A stretch of 63,488 bases of DNA, filler included, from Octopus bimaculoides (Eukaryota), in assembly GCF_001194135.2 (NCBI RefSeq). It is 3 parts of 3 records of this genome, joined end to end, with 100 filler letters (N's around TTAATTAATTAA, not from the genome) between each part and the next. Parts side by side here need not be neighbours in the genome. Positions count along the whole stretch, not along the records: positions 1 to 30,124 come from NC_069003.1; positions 30,225 to 58,933 come from NC_068983.1; 1 more part is not named here. One strand, given 5' to 3'. The notes beneath the pieces are model-generated. The model saw only the letters and a list, made by a program, of their open reading frames with translations, did not search any database and was not told the origin of the DNA. The translations under genes were made by a program, and so were the position numbers. Of this stretch, positions 26,938 to 39,425 are shown one piece after another. The first letter of the stretch is position 1, and each line of letters starts with the position of its first letter.

Positions 26938-27119
26938 CACTTATAAACACATACAGAATAGGAATTAATTTCCTGAGGCATTCTACTTTTCTTGACTTAT
27001 TTTCTTGAGTTACTCTTTCTCTTAACGTTGGAATATCGTTTCCGTATCTTCCCCTCACTCTCTTTCCTCCTTGATGTCGCCCCTTTCCTACCTTCCCAGA
27101 TATCGTGATCATTTGGAGA

Positions 27120-28330
27120 GTATGAATTAAGGAATTACATTCTCTCCCAAAGAAACCAAGTTAAGCCATACCTTGTTCCAGATAGGTTGATATGTATCCT
27201 GTAGCTTCAATGATAATAGGTATGAAGCCGAAATCGCTTCTTAGGTTCTGGATTCGCAAACTCCTTCTGAATGGTCCATAGATGCCCGCTTTGTCTTGTA
27301 TTTTTCTAACTACATTAGTATCCAGAGTGCAGCTGATTTCCACAATTGAAAATACTTTTTCCTTGTGATTCCACGTAACAATATCTGGCCGGCCGTTTTT
27401 AACTTGATGGCTGTTTTAATTTCCAAGTTCCACCAGTATTCTTTTGACCCATCGGTCTGGTAGGTGTTTTCTTTTCTGTTATCCTGCTTCAGACCGTTCT
27501 TATCGCATCATGCCTCGTAGGAAGATAATATCTGGAGTATCAGTCGACAATAATGTGGTTGATACCTTCAGTTTTGGTCTTGCATAGCTACATTTGTTGC
27601 CTGTCAATGTTTTCTGCCTCTTATTCTGTAGGTACTTGGTAGGGATCTCGTGTTCTTGAATTGCATGTAAGTAGCTTTTAAAGTGTGATGTCATAAACTT
27701 TATGATACTCCATGCCTAGCTTTTGAAATAATCAATCCCTGAGATTTGGTACCAAGCATCCACATGTTATCTTCTCAGTGATCTGATCCATATTTTATTT
27801 TGTTCTGGTTAATAGATTTTACCAATGTTCCTTCGTAATTGTCACTTGGTTGTATTGTCAAGCCGTTCAGTTTTAGGCTTTCAAAGGAAGGCACAACCTT
27901 TCCACTTTTTATTGTCAAAAATGCATATTTGGACTAGCCAAATTTCATTTCAATGTCTGTAGAAAATTGGGCAATGAGGTCCAATGGTTGATATTTGGCC
28001 CATACAATTTCAGATCGGCGGCAAGAAAAAAAAAAAAAACTGATGGAAGATACTTCTGGATCAATTTTTACGGCTACTATGTTTTGTGAGCAGGTATGAT
28101 AGCAGGTTTAATGAGAGGACGAAAAGCAACCCCAATTGGCTATCGCCCTGAAAAATACCTTTTTGCTAGTGAATACTATCCGATTCAATTTAATCCTTAT
28201 GATCCCTAAGGAGAAAAGTGGTGTACCAAGTCTTGGTCAGGCGTTTAATAGCACTCATTAGTTGTGTAATTTTGACTAACTGTAAAATCCTGATAATCTA
28301 AACCACGTGGTATACTTGCAAATGCCTTCT
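27120..28330 (-). mobile_element. R4/Dong-like LINE fragments (RT and zinc knuckle/REL regions)
   Basis: GIFQGDS RT motif near 28150, FSTDIEMKFG, AIQEHEIPTKY, RHD-like region, EISCTLDTNV...PIIIEATG. Confidence 0.75.
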
Positions 28331-28659
28331 GGTAATCCAACAACACTAAGGTTAGGTTACTGCGATATTTCTGTTTTATGTATGTATATTTAGTAGCAAG
28401 TAAGAGGTTTTCACTGTTTTAGGCGCCTATGTAGCCACGAGCAGACGCAGATACTCTCTTGACACCCTTCTAACCGTGACTCAGTGGGACATAGAAGAAG
28501 TGACAGCTGGATAAAGAGAGAGCTACACTAGCATCCATCTGGCATCCGTTTCCAGCTGAGTGAAATGAACTATCTTGCTCAAGGACCATGCATCAACTGG
28601 TTCAGGAATTGAACTCATGATCCTTTGATTGCGAAGTCAATACCCTTACCGCTTGTAGA

Positions 28660-28682
28660 CACACAAAGACACACACACACAG

Positions 28683-28746
<64 letters not shown>

Positions 28747-28875
28747 GCACACACACAGACGCACACACACAGACGCACACACACAGACGCACACACACAA
28801 AGGCACACACAGACAGATACGCACTGACGCATACATAGGCACATACAAAGCTACACATACATAGACACACACGTA
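28660..28875. repeat. (CA)n / (CACAGACG) microsatellite
   Basis: Direct inspection. Confidence 0.9.
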
Positions 28876-29782
28876 CAAATATATAACATATAAATAATGG
28901 CATTTATCAATTCACTGAAACCTATCCCGATTGTAGAATGTTCTTATATTCCAAAAAACACGAGGTAAAACAAGGACAAGCAAACAAACTGTAATTTATG
29001 TTTGACACCGTTTTGTTAATATATTACTTTCTTTATATATTTATTTGAAATATATGTTTTAAAACGGAACGTGATATCTAAGCTTTATATCACTGTACAC
29101 CAATTTGAAAAGATTTATTCTGTTTCGCAAATTCATTACCACATTAGTGCATCATGCCAACCCGTACCCCCTGCCCCCAATAAACTCCTCTCCACCCACC
29201 AGGCAATCAAGGAAACAAATAAAGAAAACAGACTGCATTAATGCACAGTGTCCCCGAAATAGATATCATTGATGGGTTAATGGACACGAGTGAAGCAACA
29301 ACAACTGCCTTAACAATAAATCACAAAGTAAAAACACAATATTGTTTGGTGCTTAGTCTCTAGCCCATTATCTCTATAAATACAACAGTGTTAAATATTC
29401 TTCTTCGTGTAAACATTGAAACAACCCCCGCCCCCCAAAAAGTCTTAACGCGACAAGATTAAAAGTGTATAAAAAAATAAAAAATGTTAAGTTCTCTTAC
29501 TTACAAAAAAAGTCATATAAAAACTAATAGTTTTAATAAAAGTATAAAACTTAAAAAATGAAATAGAAAATAAAAAAATGAAAAACTGAAACAGATGAAG
29601 TTCTAATCAGTATACTGTCTTTCCTTAATTTATGATCAAAACGAAAACTGGAAAAATGTGTATATACTAGCACACACAGCACAACACAGACACACACACA
29701 CACATACATACACACGCACACATACACATGTACATACATACATACACATATATATATGTATACATATATATTATATATACTT

Positions 29783-30124
29783 ATAAAAACAACAAAAAGA
29801 CCAGACTTAGTCATATGGGACACAGAACAGAGAATAGGAATCTTGCTAGAACTGACAGTACCATGGGAAGAAGACATCGACAATGCAGAGAAACGAAAGG
29901 AGAAGAGATATGAAAAACTAATCGAAGAGTGCAGAGAACAGGGATGGACTGTCGAGTACTACCATCTGGCAGTGGGGGCTAGAGGCTTCATTGAAAGAAA
30001 AATGACAACGCTATTCAAGAGAAGATTTGCGTTTTCAAACTCGGAACTTAGAAAACTGATAAGGAGGATACAGGAGGCGGTCGAAAAAGCCAGCTTCTAT
30101 ATATGGCTGAAGCGGGAAGACCGA
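29783..30124 (+). mobile_element. HERO/NeSL-like LINE REL-endonuclease C-terminus, uninterrupted up to the gap
   Basis: RPDLVIWD...LLELTVPWEEDIDNAEKRKEKRY...GW...VGARGF...EKASFYIWLKR. Confidence 0.8.
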
Positions 30125-30230
30125 NNNNNNNNNNNNNNNNNNNNNNNNNNNNNNNNNNNNNNNNNNNNTTAATTAATTAANNNNNNNNNNNNNNNNNNNN
30201 NNNNNNNNNNNNNNNNNNNNNNNNTATATA

Positions 30231-30349
30231 TGGGAGAATTTACGAACAAAACAACAACAGACGAGGACAGGTGGTGTAAACAACAAAAGTATGTATTAGT
30301 TAAACGCTCGGGAATAGAGAAAGTCTTTAACGTTTCGAGCTACGCTCTT
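30231..30349 (-). mobile_element. Family D repeat, truncated inside the hammerhead core
   Basis: Reverse complement of 59106-59222. Begins AAGAGCGTAGCTCGAAACGTTAAAGAC and is bounded by TA repeats. Confidence 0.75.
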
Positions 30350-31153
30350 ATATATACATATGCGTGTGTGTGTGTAATGTAGCTGACGACTGACACTTTA
30401 TGGTCATTAATCCGTGCAGATTAAGTATGATTGATTGCTTTGGAGCAAGCGTTACCAAAGTCATCTGGATTATGGCAAATGTTTCTGAAGCTCTTTTTTT
30501 TTCTTTTTCTTTTTCTCTATGTCAGATTAATAGTATAAAGTATTTATAAGGTGTTCAATTTATTTTTTGTATGTTTATAAGGTTCAGATAAAATACTAAA
30601 GAATAATGTAGGGTCATGTTGCACAAGTCACACGGTATCTTGGATCATATAGCTATAAATCATCTTATATAAACTTATGATTTAGCACAAACGTAAAATG
30701 TGTGCAGTGGTGTAAATTAGGTACAATGAAAAGTTGTGATCTAATTTTTGTATGTAACCTTGGCGGTTATAATATTCCTCATGAAAATAATTACTTCCCT
30801 TTGACTAAAAATACGAGCATATGATCACTGGAGTTAGGTATAGGATGTTAAATAGGAAGCAACACATTATTGTCACTTTATGAACTGACTTTACAGAAAT
30901 GAAAAACAGATTTCGGGTATATAAACACAATGTTAAACCCATAACGAGAGGGACAAACTAAATACTTGAATAAATTCAATGGGAAAATTTGAAAATATGA
31001 GAATATAATAACTTTGAAACGTAATATTTGAAGTGAAAGAAAATAAAACCTCATTTTATAATTCTTTGAATTGATCCTTAATTCTATACTTCATTAATTT
31101 TTTCATTATATTTCCATTATTTTATTTTGCAGAGATTTCATCTGGCTGAGACG

Positions 31154-31167
31154 ATGCGTCGCTCGAA
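31154..31167 (+). CDS. Proposed first coding micro-exon of the GT92 gene (exon 31133-31167; MRRS + 2 nt)
   Basis: Pyrimidine tract + CAG at 31130-31132, ACGATGC start context, donor GTAAGT at 31168. Phase 2 matches the acceptor at 39425. Confidence 0.7.
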
Positions 31168-31475
31168 GTAAGTATTTGTAAATATATTTATTATTTACTC
31201 TGTAAACGTATTTGTTGATGATGATGTTGTGGCTACCGTTGTGCTTGTTGACATTCATAGCATAATCACTTGGTAAATTCTGTAACTTTACTTACTTACT
31301 CATTAAATGATTCTTGTTAATGATTCTTGTTAATGAAAACACTTCAGTTAAAACAGTTGACAATTGTATTACACACAAAGCCTAGGATACTTAAAGTAAG
31401 TTAAGAAAGCAAATTGACAAACATTTTTTTATGTGAGCTAAAACTAGACATCCATTTTCAATGATGTAGGATGGC

Positions 31476-31506
31476 TAATAATAATGATGATGATGATAAT
31501 AATAAC

Positions 31507-31559
<53 letters not shown>

Positions 31560-31570
31560 TAATAATAATA
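31476..31570. repeat. (TAA)n tract left of the family E element
   Basis: Direct inspection. A second (TAA)n lies at 32129-32168. Confidence 0.95.
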
Positions 31571-32128
31571 AATGTCCAATGCAGTACCAGGCAGTGGCTC
31601 TCATGATTTCTGATCTTAATTGATTGGAAGTGTTATCATGTACGTTGTTTTTTCTTGATATAAAAGACGGGCTACAACAAATATTCTGCTTAATACCACA
31701 GATTTGCTTGTCAGTTGTTTGACCTTAACCAGTTGAGTATGTTCCTTGGTGGCTGACGATATATGAGCATCTCTGATCATGAGCAGAAGTAGTGGGGGAG
31801 CATCATAGCCATGTGCTGAGAGGAATTCTTTGGGGTTTGAATAATTCACCTTTGTAAACATGGGTGTTTTGTTCAACATTCTTAAACAACCCTTATTCAG
31901 GGACCTTTTGAGCGGGATGGGCTACTCGGCCTGAAAAAAATTCTAACTGGGCACGACCTGAGAAATCATGCGCTGTTTATCTTGATATGAAATCACCATG
32001 TCACGCACATATGGTTGTGATGCACGTGCCTGGTGTACCCTTATCAGACGGGTAGTCATGATGGGTATATTAGGCTTTGTATATTTTACCCCAGTGTCAC
32101 TTTGATGGCATGCACTGCTCTCTCACTC
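31571..32128 (+). mobile_element. Family E element, apparently full length (558 bp), embedded in (TAA)n
   Basis: Homologous to 6690-7139 and 41160-41325. (TAA)n on both sides. Confidence 0.8.
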
Positions 32129-32169
<41 letters not shown>

Positions 32170-32184
32170 GGTTGATGATGAGGA

Positions 32185-32372
32185 TGATGATAATAATTTC
32201 AGCAATAAACCCGAAAGTAGTCGCAGTAGTTTGGTATGGCACTGGAATCCTGAAGTGGACAGAAGGGGAACTAAAGGAGATGGACAGGAAGTCAAGAAAG
32301 CTCCTAACAATGCATGGAGCCCATCATCCATATGCAGACACTGATCGCTTATACATGAAGAGAGCAAATGCT
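32185..32372 (+). mobile_element. R4/Dong-like LINE internal fragment
   Basis: SAINPKVVAVVWYGTGILKWTEGELKEMDRKSRKLLTMHGAHHPYADTDRLY, a typical post-RT segment. Confidence 0.75.
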
Positions 32373-32379
32373 TAGAACA

Positions 32380-35300
32380 AGCTCCTTCACTGGGACCATT
32401 CTTGCAACACTCTCTCACCTTTTCACAAAATTTCTGGGAGGCAACACTTCTCTCTATAGCCCCACTTTTCTGTTCAAGTGAATCTTGAAAATGTTGATGA
32501 GGCCTTTACCAAAGAGGAAAGTATCTATCTTCATCCCTTTCAATCTCGTCCACCACACAACCACTTTGGCTAAGCCTACCAGGTAGAGAAACAATGCCTA
32601 CCTTTCCCAGCCAATGAAAGGTGGTGGCACAATCTTCACAATAGACTTAGCCGATAGCTGGATCCGTCCTCCTCGTGACAGCAGGAGTTCGACTTAAACC
32701 CACAATTCAGCAATGCACGGGCACAAAACGAGAGAGTGCAGAATAGTTTCGTCCCTCTGTGCTCATCTCTGACGGCAATTCCATACCTGTAGAGTTTATC
32801 TCAAACCAGCAATACCTCCCGGTAGCACTGCCAGGTCAAGAATTTCTGGAAATTATCCATAGGCCTCGGCCCGAAAATCCTCCGGAAGAGACCAGCCAAC
32901 ACATTCTCATCGACACCTAGAGCCTCCCCAAGAACGTCGTTGCATTTGCCCAACACTAACCCTCTATAGAACGCCAAAGTTGAACTTCCACCGAGCGCAT
33001 TGTTCGACTAACAGTGGGCTGTGAGCACCTGACGACATTTTAGGTACAGATGCCCTGCCTTGGTCTACGCTTGATCAAGAACTGCACCTCAGTCAGAGAC
33101 AAGCTGTGGAAAATCGTGTCTGACAAGCGGTGACCACATTTGCTCACCGTCAAGGAAACGCTGAAGACGTAGCGTCAGCGCATGTCTGCGCATCGGCAGC
33201 CACAGCATGCTGTCTTCCAGTCAACGGGTGTTGACAGAAAATTGAGCACCTGACCTGTGGAGAGCGTCCTTTCCACTGAAAGTACAAGTGTAGGCGCTCC
33301 AGTTTGGTCATACTTGAACCAGGACAAAGCACAACAATGAGGCGGTAGTAGATGACGGATGCAATGTAAGCATTCACCACCTCTGCCCGACCTTTCAGGA
33401 ATAGCTTTCTCTCGGCTCATTTTTGAGTGAGATTGGCTACCCACTCGTCACCTCGTCCCAGTTCTTCTTCACTTGGAAATCTGGTCCAAGCCAGACCACG
33501 AGCAATTTAACTGGTCACTCCGTCCAACGTCCCACGACATCATTGGACGGTCTGTGCATGCCTCTCCAGGTGCCAGGCTGCAAGCCTACTGATTTTCTTC
33601 GGTTAAGTTTTGCTCCTGTCATCGCCTCTATTCTTTTAAAGCTACGCCGACCACTTCTATGTGCCAGGTATTTGATACCATGAAGGAAGCGTAATTTACA
33701 TATGCGAACATGGTGCTCCAATGTCCTAGCTCGTGCGGGATATCACCCAACGCCTCCAGTTTCCTCAGTAGTGGCTGTAGAGCCAGTAATTCAGAAGAGG
33801 CGACAGCAGACACTCTTGAAGGACCGAGTGCATGGTGCTGACTGGTTCCGATGGGTACCCATTCACCTGAACTACCGAGCAGATGTAGTTGTACATTGCA
33901 GCGACTCAGCCACGAAAACGGGAACGAAACCCGCCGCCGTGAGAACAGCCGTCATGTATAAGAGGTATACCCTACCGAAGACTTTAGTTTCATCCAAATT
34001 CATTAGAGTCCCACCCATGCCAGCTTCTCTACCTACTCTGTCTGTGATATATCCTACGAGGTGGAGATTGCCGTGGATGGATCTGCTTGGGATTGTGCAT
34101 ATTTGTGCATAACCAAGCAATCCTTTCGCTAACCTCTTCGCCAACCTCTTCGCTAATACCCTGGCCAAAATTTTGAAATCTGCGTGCAGCATCATTACGG
34201 GACTAACATTTTCTATTTGATTTGGGTCCTTTGTTTGGGTCCTTTCTCAGCAGTGCCACCTCTCCTCGACTCACAGAACTAAGAATTTTCCCGTTCTGCT
34301 GCCAGTTGTGGCAAATATTTGCTACGAGGCAGCCAAACAAGTTTGGCATATGAAGGTAAATATTGTGCAGTAGATCATCCAAACCAGGCGATTTATCCAC
34401 CGTGCAGCCCATCATCACATTCCGTATTTCCACAGTCGTTATCGATATTTCGTAACGCTCCACCTCCTTTTCCGAGAGTCATGGAATGCCATCGAGGTAG
34501 GCACTGATGTCCAGCCTGCTTTCTGGTCTGTCTTTCGTCCCAAACATTTGGGCGAAGTGTTACTGAAATGTTTGGGCTCTAGAACCGTGCACCCATTTTG
34601 GTCCACCTAAGACCGAATTGTGGATTTGTTTCCACGTTGTGCCTCTATCACTCAGGCTTGTTGAACGGCTTTCATTCCCTCTTGTTTTACAGCATACACC
34701 TTAGTTCTGACAATGCACCCTTCGTGCTTAGCATTGAAAAATTGGTCCATGGCCAATCTCGCCTAAGCATCTCTTCTAAGTTTCTAACGAAGTTTCCCCC
34801 TCTTCTATTTCTTTTTATCGCTAATGCCTCACTAAATTTAATTGATTCTACTTTAATTACCCTTTTCAGGGCAAACCACCCTTTGTTGTTGACAATTGCC
34901 CTCGTCAACGCCCGCTTAATTTATACGCCAATCCGGTTTCGGTAAGCTTGGCACGCCAGGAGTTATGCGTTCAGCTTCCAGTAATCGGGTCCCTGCTTAC
35001 GAAGTCTATCTAAGTTGACCATGCAGATCACAAATTTGTAGTCTGTGTAACCGACGGGGGAGGGGGGTTACTTATACTATCCTTATCTACAGGCCTTCAA
35101 AATACTCCATCAGATGACCTGATACAGTTTGCGCATATACACACTGGTGCATTCGAGAAATCCAGTCAGTACCTGCCAGACACTTGAAAACGCCTGAGTA
35201 GGTTTGCGAGGCTTTTTGCACCTCTCTCTTCTAACAGCTAGCCCCATACAATCTAAATGTGCATCCATGATGGCGTTTCAATCACCCATTAGAACTAAAG

Positions 35301-36695
35301 AAAAGCTTTCAGAATTCTGAAAAAATCTGGTTGTGCTGTCCCTTTCGGGACATAAAAAGCTACCAGTCTGAATGCATCCCCGTCAGTACTGTTCACATTC
35401 AGGACCACCATCTTACCTTCTGGGTCCAGGAAGAAAGTCCTTATCTTCAGATTCAACCTCTCCGAAATAACGCCGCTGTTCCACCACTCCCTATTTATCG
35501 TTGACATGGGGATAAATACATCTCATATCCACCGAAAAAGGTTATGAAAGCTCATCGGTCGAAGAGTCTGGTTTCACTGATAGCTGCTACATCTACACTT
35601 AGTAACCTCAGGACTTTGAGTAGTTGATCTTGTTTCCAAGGCGACATTAGACCACGTGCATTTGTACTGCCTTTCGGAGAAAAGCCATGTTAGATTAAGG
35701 GATAGAAGCGGAAAACATTACTTACAAGGATTTGGGGCGGGATGGGTGGACAGGAAGGGATGTTCCGCCCATGGCTATATGTGGATGTTTTCCGCGCGCA
35801 GCTCTTTAGGTAGTCTTTTGTTGATATTTCCCTTGAAAGCTGTTGTGGTCACCCGCCTCTGATGATGCTGTTGATGTTGTGGCGGTGGCGTTGTCGGGTC
35901 TCTTTCTTCTCTCTTTTGCTATGGGCAAAAGGCTTTCAGATAATTTGTGACCCTACACAAGCGATGCCTCAGTTTTCTACCATCAACGGCCACGTGGAGG
36001 TTGGTGCCATCTGGCAAATTTATGGTAGGATCGCTTCTAAACTTTCGTATCCCATTTGCACCCACAACTACGTAGCTTACCGCAACCAGATTTGCTTCTG
36101 CAGTTTTCGCCCCTGTAGGATATTTTTTTTTTGTCCACTGTATCCGGCAAGACAACTGCCATCAACCAGCAGATGTCTATTTCTGGTGGTATGTCTCGTT
36201 TTCATTTTCACTACTCGGTGATCTAGGTGTATGGGTACCAGAAATCACTTCTCATTTTTTAATGTTAACGTGGAGTGCTCCCTTATCTCTTCTGTGGAAA
36301 ATTTCACCTCTATAACGCCGTATCGGTTCCTTCTTGCAACGTACGTTTTCGTGTCCAACACTGGACGTAGGTACCTTTCAATTTGCTGTTGTGTTGCCCG
36401 TTCTAATATGCGACTTATTACTCCTGTCATATTGTATGTTATTGTTTTCCTGAGTGAATCCTATACAATGACTTTAGAAGTGTTGAGAGTAACTCTCCTT
36501 CCATTTTTTAAAAAACATGCTTCTTGCATTTTAAAATCGTCTGTTGACAGTTTTACATTATTTTGTGTTTGATGCACTGCAGCTGCAAAACCATAAATTT
36601 CTGATTTATGGTTTATGCAGTAGTTTTCAGTGAGTGTGTTGGCATTAATGGAGGTAGTGGTGGAAACGGTGGTTGAAGTTGCACGTATCATATTC
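32380..36695 (-). mobile_element. Near full-length decayed L1/Tx1-clade LINE, antisense within the GT92 intron
   Basis: ORF1 remnants (35919-36691, degenerate knuckle ending FCP), endonuclease (DPEGKMVVLNV...FRLVAFYVP), KSPGLD, RT (DFKILARVLAKRL, NLDETKVFGRV, SVLQECLLSPLL). Many stops. Confidence 0.85.
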
Positions 36696-36699
36696 TCTC

Positions 36700-36916
36700 T
36701 TTACTCTTTTACTCTTTTCAGTCATTTGACTGCAGCCATGCTGGAGCACCGCCTTTAGTCGAGCAAATCGATCCCAGGACTTATTCTTTGTAAGCCTAGT
36801 ACTTATTCTATCCGTATCTTTTGCCGAACGGCTAAGTTATGGGAACGTAAACACACCAGCATCGGTTGTCAAATGATGCTGGGGGGACAAACGCACACAC
36901 ACACACACACACACAC

Positions 36917-36953
<37 letters not shown>
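36700..36953 (-). mobile_element. SINE family A 3' part + internal microsatellite (head lost in gap)
   Basis: Matches 98-290. Confidence 0.8.
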
Positions 36954-37830
36954 NNNNNNNNNNNNNNNNNNNNNNNNNNNNNNNNNNNNNNNNNNNNNNN
37001 NNNNNNNNNNNNNNNNNNNNNNNNNNNNNNNNNNNNNNNNNNNNNNNNNNNNNNNNNNNNNNNNNNNNNNNNNNNNNNNNNNNNNNNNNNNNNNNNNNNN
37101 NNNNNNNNNNNNNNNNNNNNNNNNNNNNNNNNNNNNNNNNNNNNNNNNNNNNNNNNNNNNNNNNNNNNNNNNNNNNNNNNNNNNNNNNNNNNNNNNNNNN
37201 NNNNNNNNNNNNNNNNNNNNNNNNNNNNNNNNNNNNNNNNNNNNNNNNNNNNNNNNNNNNNNNNNNNNNNNNNNNNNNNNNNNNNNNNNNNNNNNNNNNN
37301 NNNNNNNNNNNNNNNNNNNNNNNNNNNNNNNNNNNNNNNNNNNNNNNNNNNNNNNNNNNNNNNNNNNNNNNNNNNNNNNNNNNNNNNNNNNNNNNNNNNN
37401 NNNNNNNNNNNNNNNNNNNNNNNNNNNNNNNNNNNNNNNNNNNNNNNNNNNNNNNNNNNNNNNNNNNNNNNNNNNNNNNNNNNNNNNNNNNNNNNNNNNN
37501 NNNNNNNNNNNNNNNNNNNNNNNNNNNNNNNNNNNNNNNNNNNNNNNNNNNNNNNNNNNNNNNNNNNNNNNNNNNNNNNNNNNNNNNNNNNNNNNNNNNN
37601 NNNNNNNNNNNNNNNNNNNNNNNNNNNNNCGCTTGCTGCCCGTCCAGTACCTAGAAAGACAAAGCAAAGGCCCTCGACTGACAGCGAAGGAAATGGCCTC
37701 ATGGCAGAGGCTGAATTATAACAGAGGGACTAGCACGAGTATCATGCAAAGATCACAACAGTGTGCGTGCGCGCGTGTTCGCGCGCGCTTCAACGATTGT
37801 ATGAAATCGATCATTCTTCTTCATCTGACA

Positions 37831-37955
37831 TTGCCTTTCATCCTTTCGGGAGGAGGGGTCGATAAATTAAGTACCAGTTGCGTACTGGGGTCGATCTAAT
37901 CGACTGGTCTCCTCCCCCAAAATTTCGGGCCTTGTGTCTAGAGTAGAAAAGAATA
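37831..37955 (+). mobile_element. SINE family C 3' half
   Basis: GGGGTCGATAAATTAAGTACCAG...CCCCAAAATTTCGGGCCTTGTG. Confidence 0.75.
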
Positions 37956-38680
37956 AAAATGGAACACCTGCGTTTAAATCTGTCGTAGGAGTTTCCCAAC
38001 ACAAATTCAACTGTTTCATATAACTGAGCCGGAAAAAAACATAGATATTCATAAAATTGCTTGGCTAACTTGGATATCACCTACAATAGTCAAATTCGTG
38101 TGAACATATTTTATAAAGAGGCTATTGAAAATCTAAGTAAAAAATACTTATAGAAGATAACCTATCAATGTTTTCGGGTTCATTTCTATTTCTTACATTA
38201 TCTCCAGCCACCCAAGTCCTTGTAAATGAATTTGAGAGACGCTAACTGTTATTATCCGCAGTTCCATTGTTGATATTGTTCATTTTCTTTGTGCAAACAA
38301 ATAGCCTTTTCGAGTAAACGAAAATGAAGCTTTTCAGGATCTTTATTCGGAAGATAACACGCAGCCTTGTAGTCACAAAAATAGTTTTAGATACCTGTCA
38401 CTTTGTATACCTCATTTTTTTTTTCATCCACTGGCACCACATAAGACAATGGTGCAGTCCGAAAATATTTTGACCTTGAAAACGGGACAACCTAATATGT
38501 ATATGTATGTGTATATATATATATATATTCTGTTGTGCCTGGAGAGAGTCATTTTCTTATCGTGCCTTAAAATCCAAAATCCCAAAACCAAATCCAAAAA
38601 CGATATATATATATATATATATATATTTNNNNNNNNNNNNNNNNNNNNNNNNNNNNNNNNNNNNNNNNNNNNNNNNNNNN

Positions 38681-38711
<31 letters not shown>

Positions 38712-39057
38712 GCAAGCAGCAATTTAGCAGTGTGTTACCGAAAAGGAAAACTATAATTGTCATAAAATATGACCGTGGGTGTTTGAACACCTACAATGCT
38801 AAAAATAAGAGCTAAAGCTCTCTAATGTGGCAGTCAAAGCACATAATTGCATATATACATACTGACAGTGACCGTAACCTACATCAACTCCCATCCTAAA
38901 ACCTTAGGAAAATGTCAGTACATCGGATGCTATGGCTCTGATTGCACTGTATGCAGAGAAATGACGGAGAAATATTCAGAACTGAAAGGTCATTCACTAG
39001 AAGTCTGCATAATAAAAGTTCACTTAGAGGCTGTAAACAACGATATCAGCGCAGTTT

Positions 39058-39197
39058 GATGTGTTTGTGACTAAAGTTCTTAATTGACGTGTTTGTGCCT
39101 AAAACTCTCTAGTGACGTGTTTGTGCCTAAAACTCTCTAGTGACGTGTTTGTGCCTAAAATTCTCAATTGACATGTTTGTGCCTAAAACTATCTCAA
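39058..39197. repeat. Five-unit 28-bp tandem repeat (GACGTGTTTGTGCCTAAAACTCTCTAGT)
   Basis: Units at 39058, 39086, 39114, 39142, 39170. Confidence 0.9.
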
Positions 39198-39425
39198 TAA
39201 GGAGCCATGAAACATCTTTCTGTTGTTATTAATTTTGAGTGTTATTGACATAAATCTTTGGGCATAAAAGTAAGTAGTAGTGACTTATAGATAAAAGCAA
39301 AGTACAAATATCCATTTGTTATATTCGAGTAAAACATAAATTATAAACGCCTTTTATTGTATGTTTGTTTTCTTTTTCTTTTTTTTATTAATCAATACTT
39401 TTATCATTTTTTTTTTATCATTTAG

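Noticed and set aside
30125-30224. TTAATTAATTAA island inside Ns (also 58934-59033)
   Set aside because: Exactly 44 N + 12 nt + 44 N twice: a scaffolding join marker. Adjacency across these points is uncertain.
39058-39197. CRISPR-like appearance of the short arrays (also 53421-53835)
   Set aside because: Contiguous tandem units without unique spacers, no cas genes, eukaryotic context.
39361-39425. ATG at 39361 as the GT92 start
   Set aside because: The segment is a T-rich 3' splice region ending in AG, and the spliced alternative gives a far more typical N-terminus.
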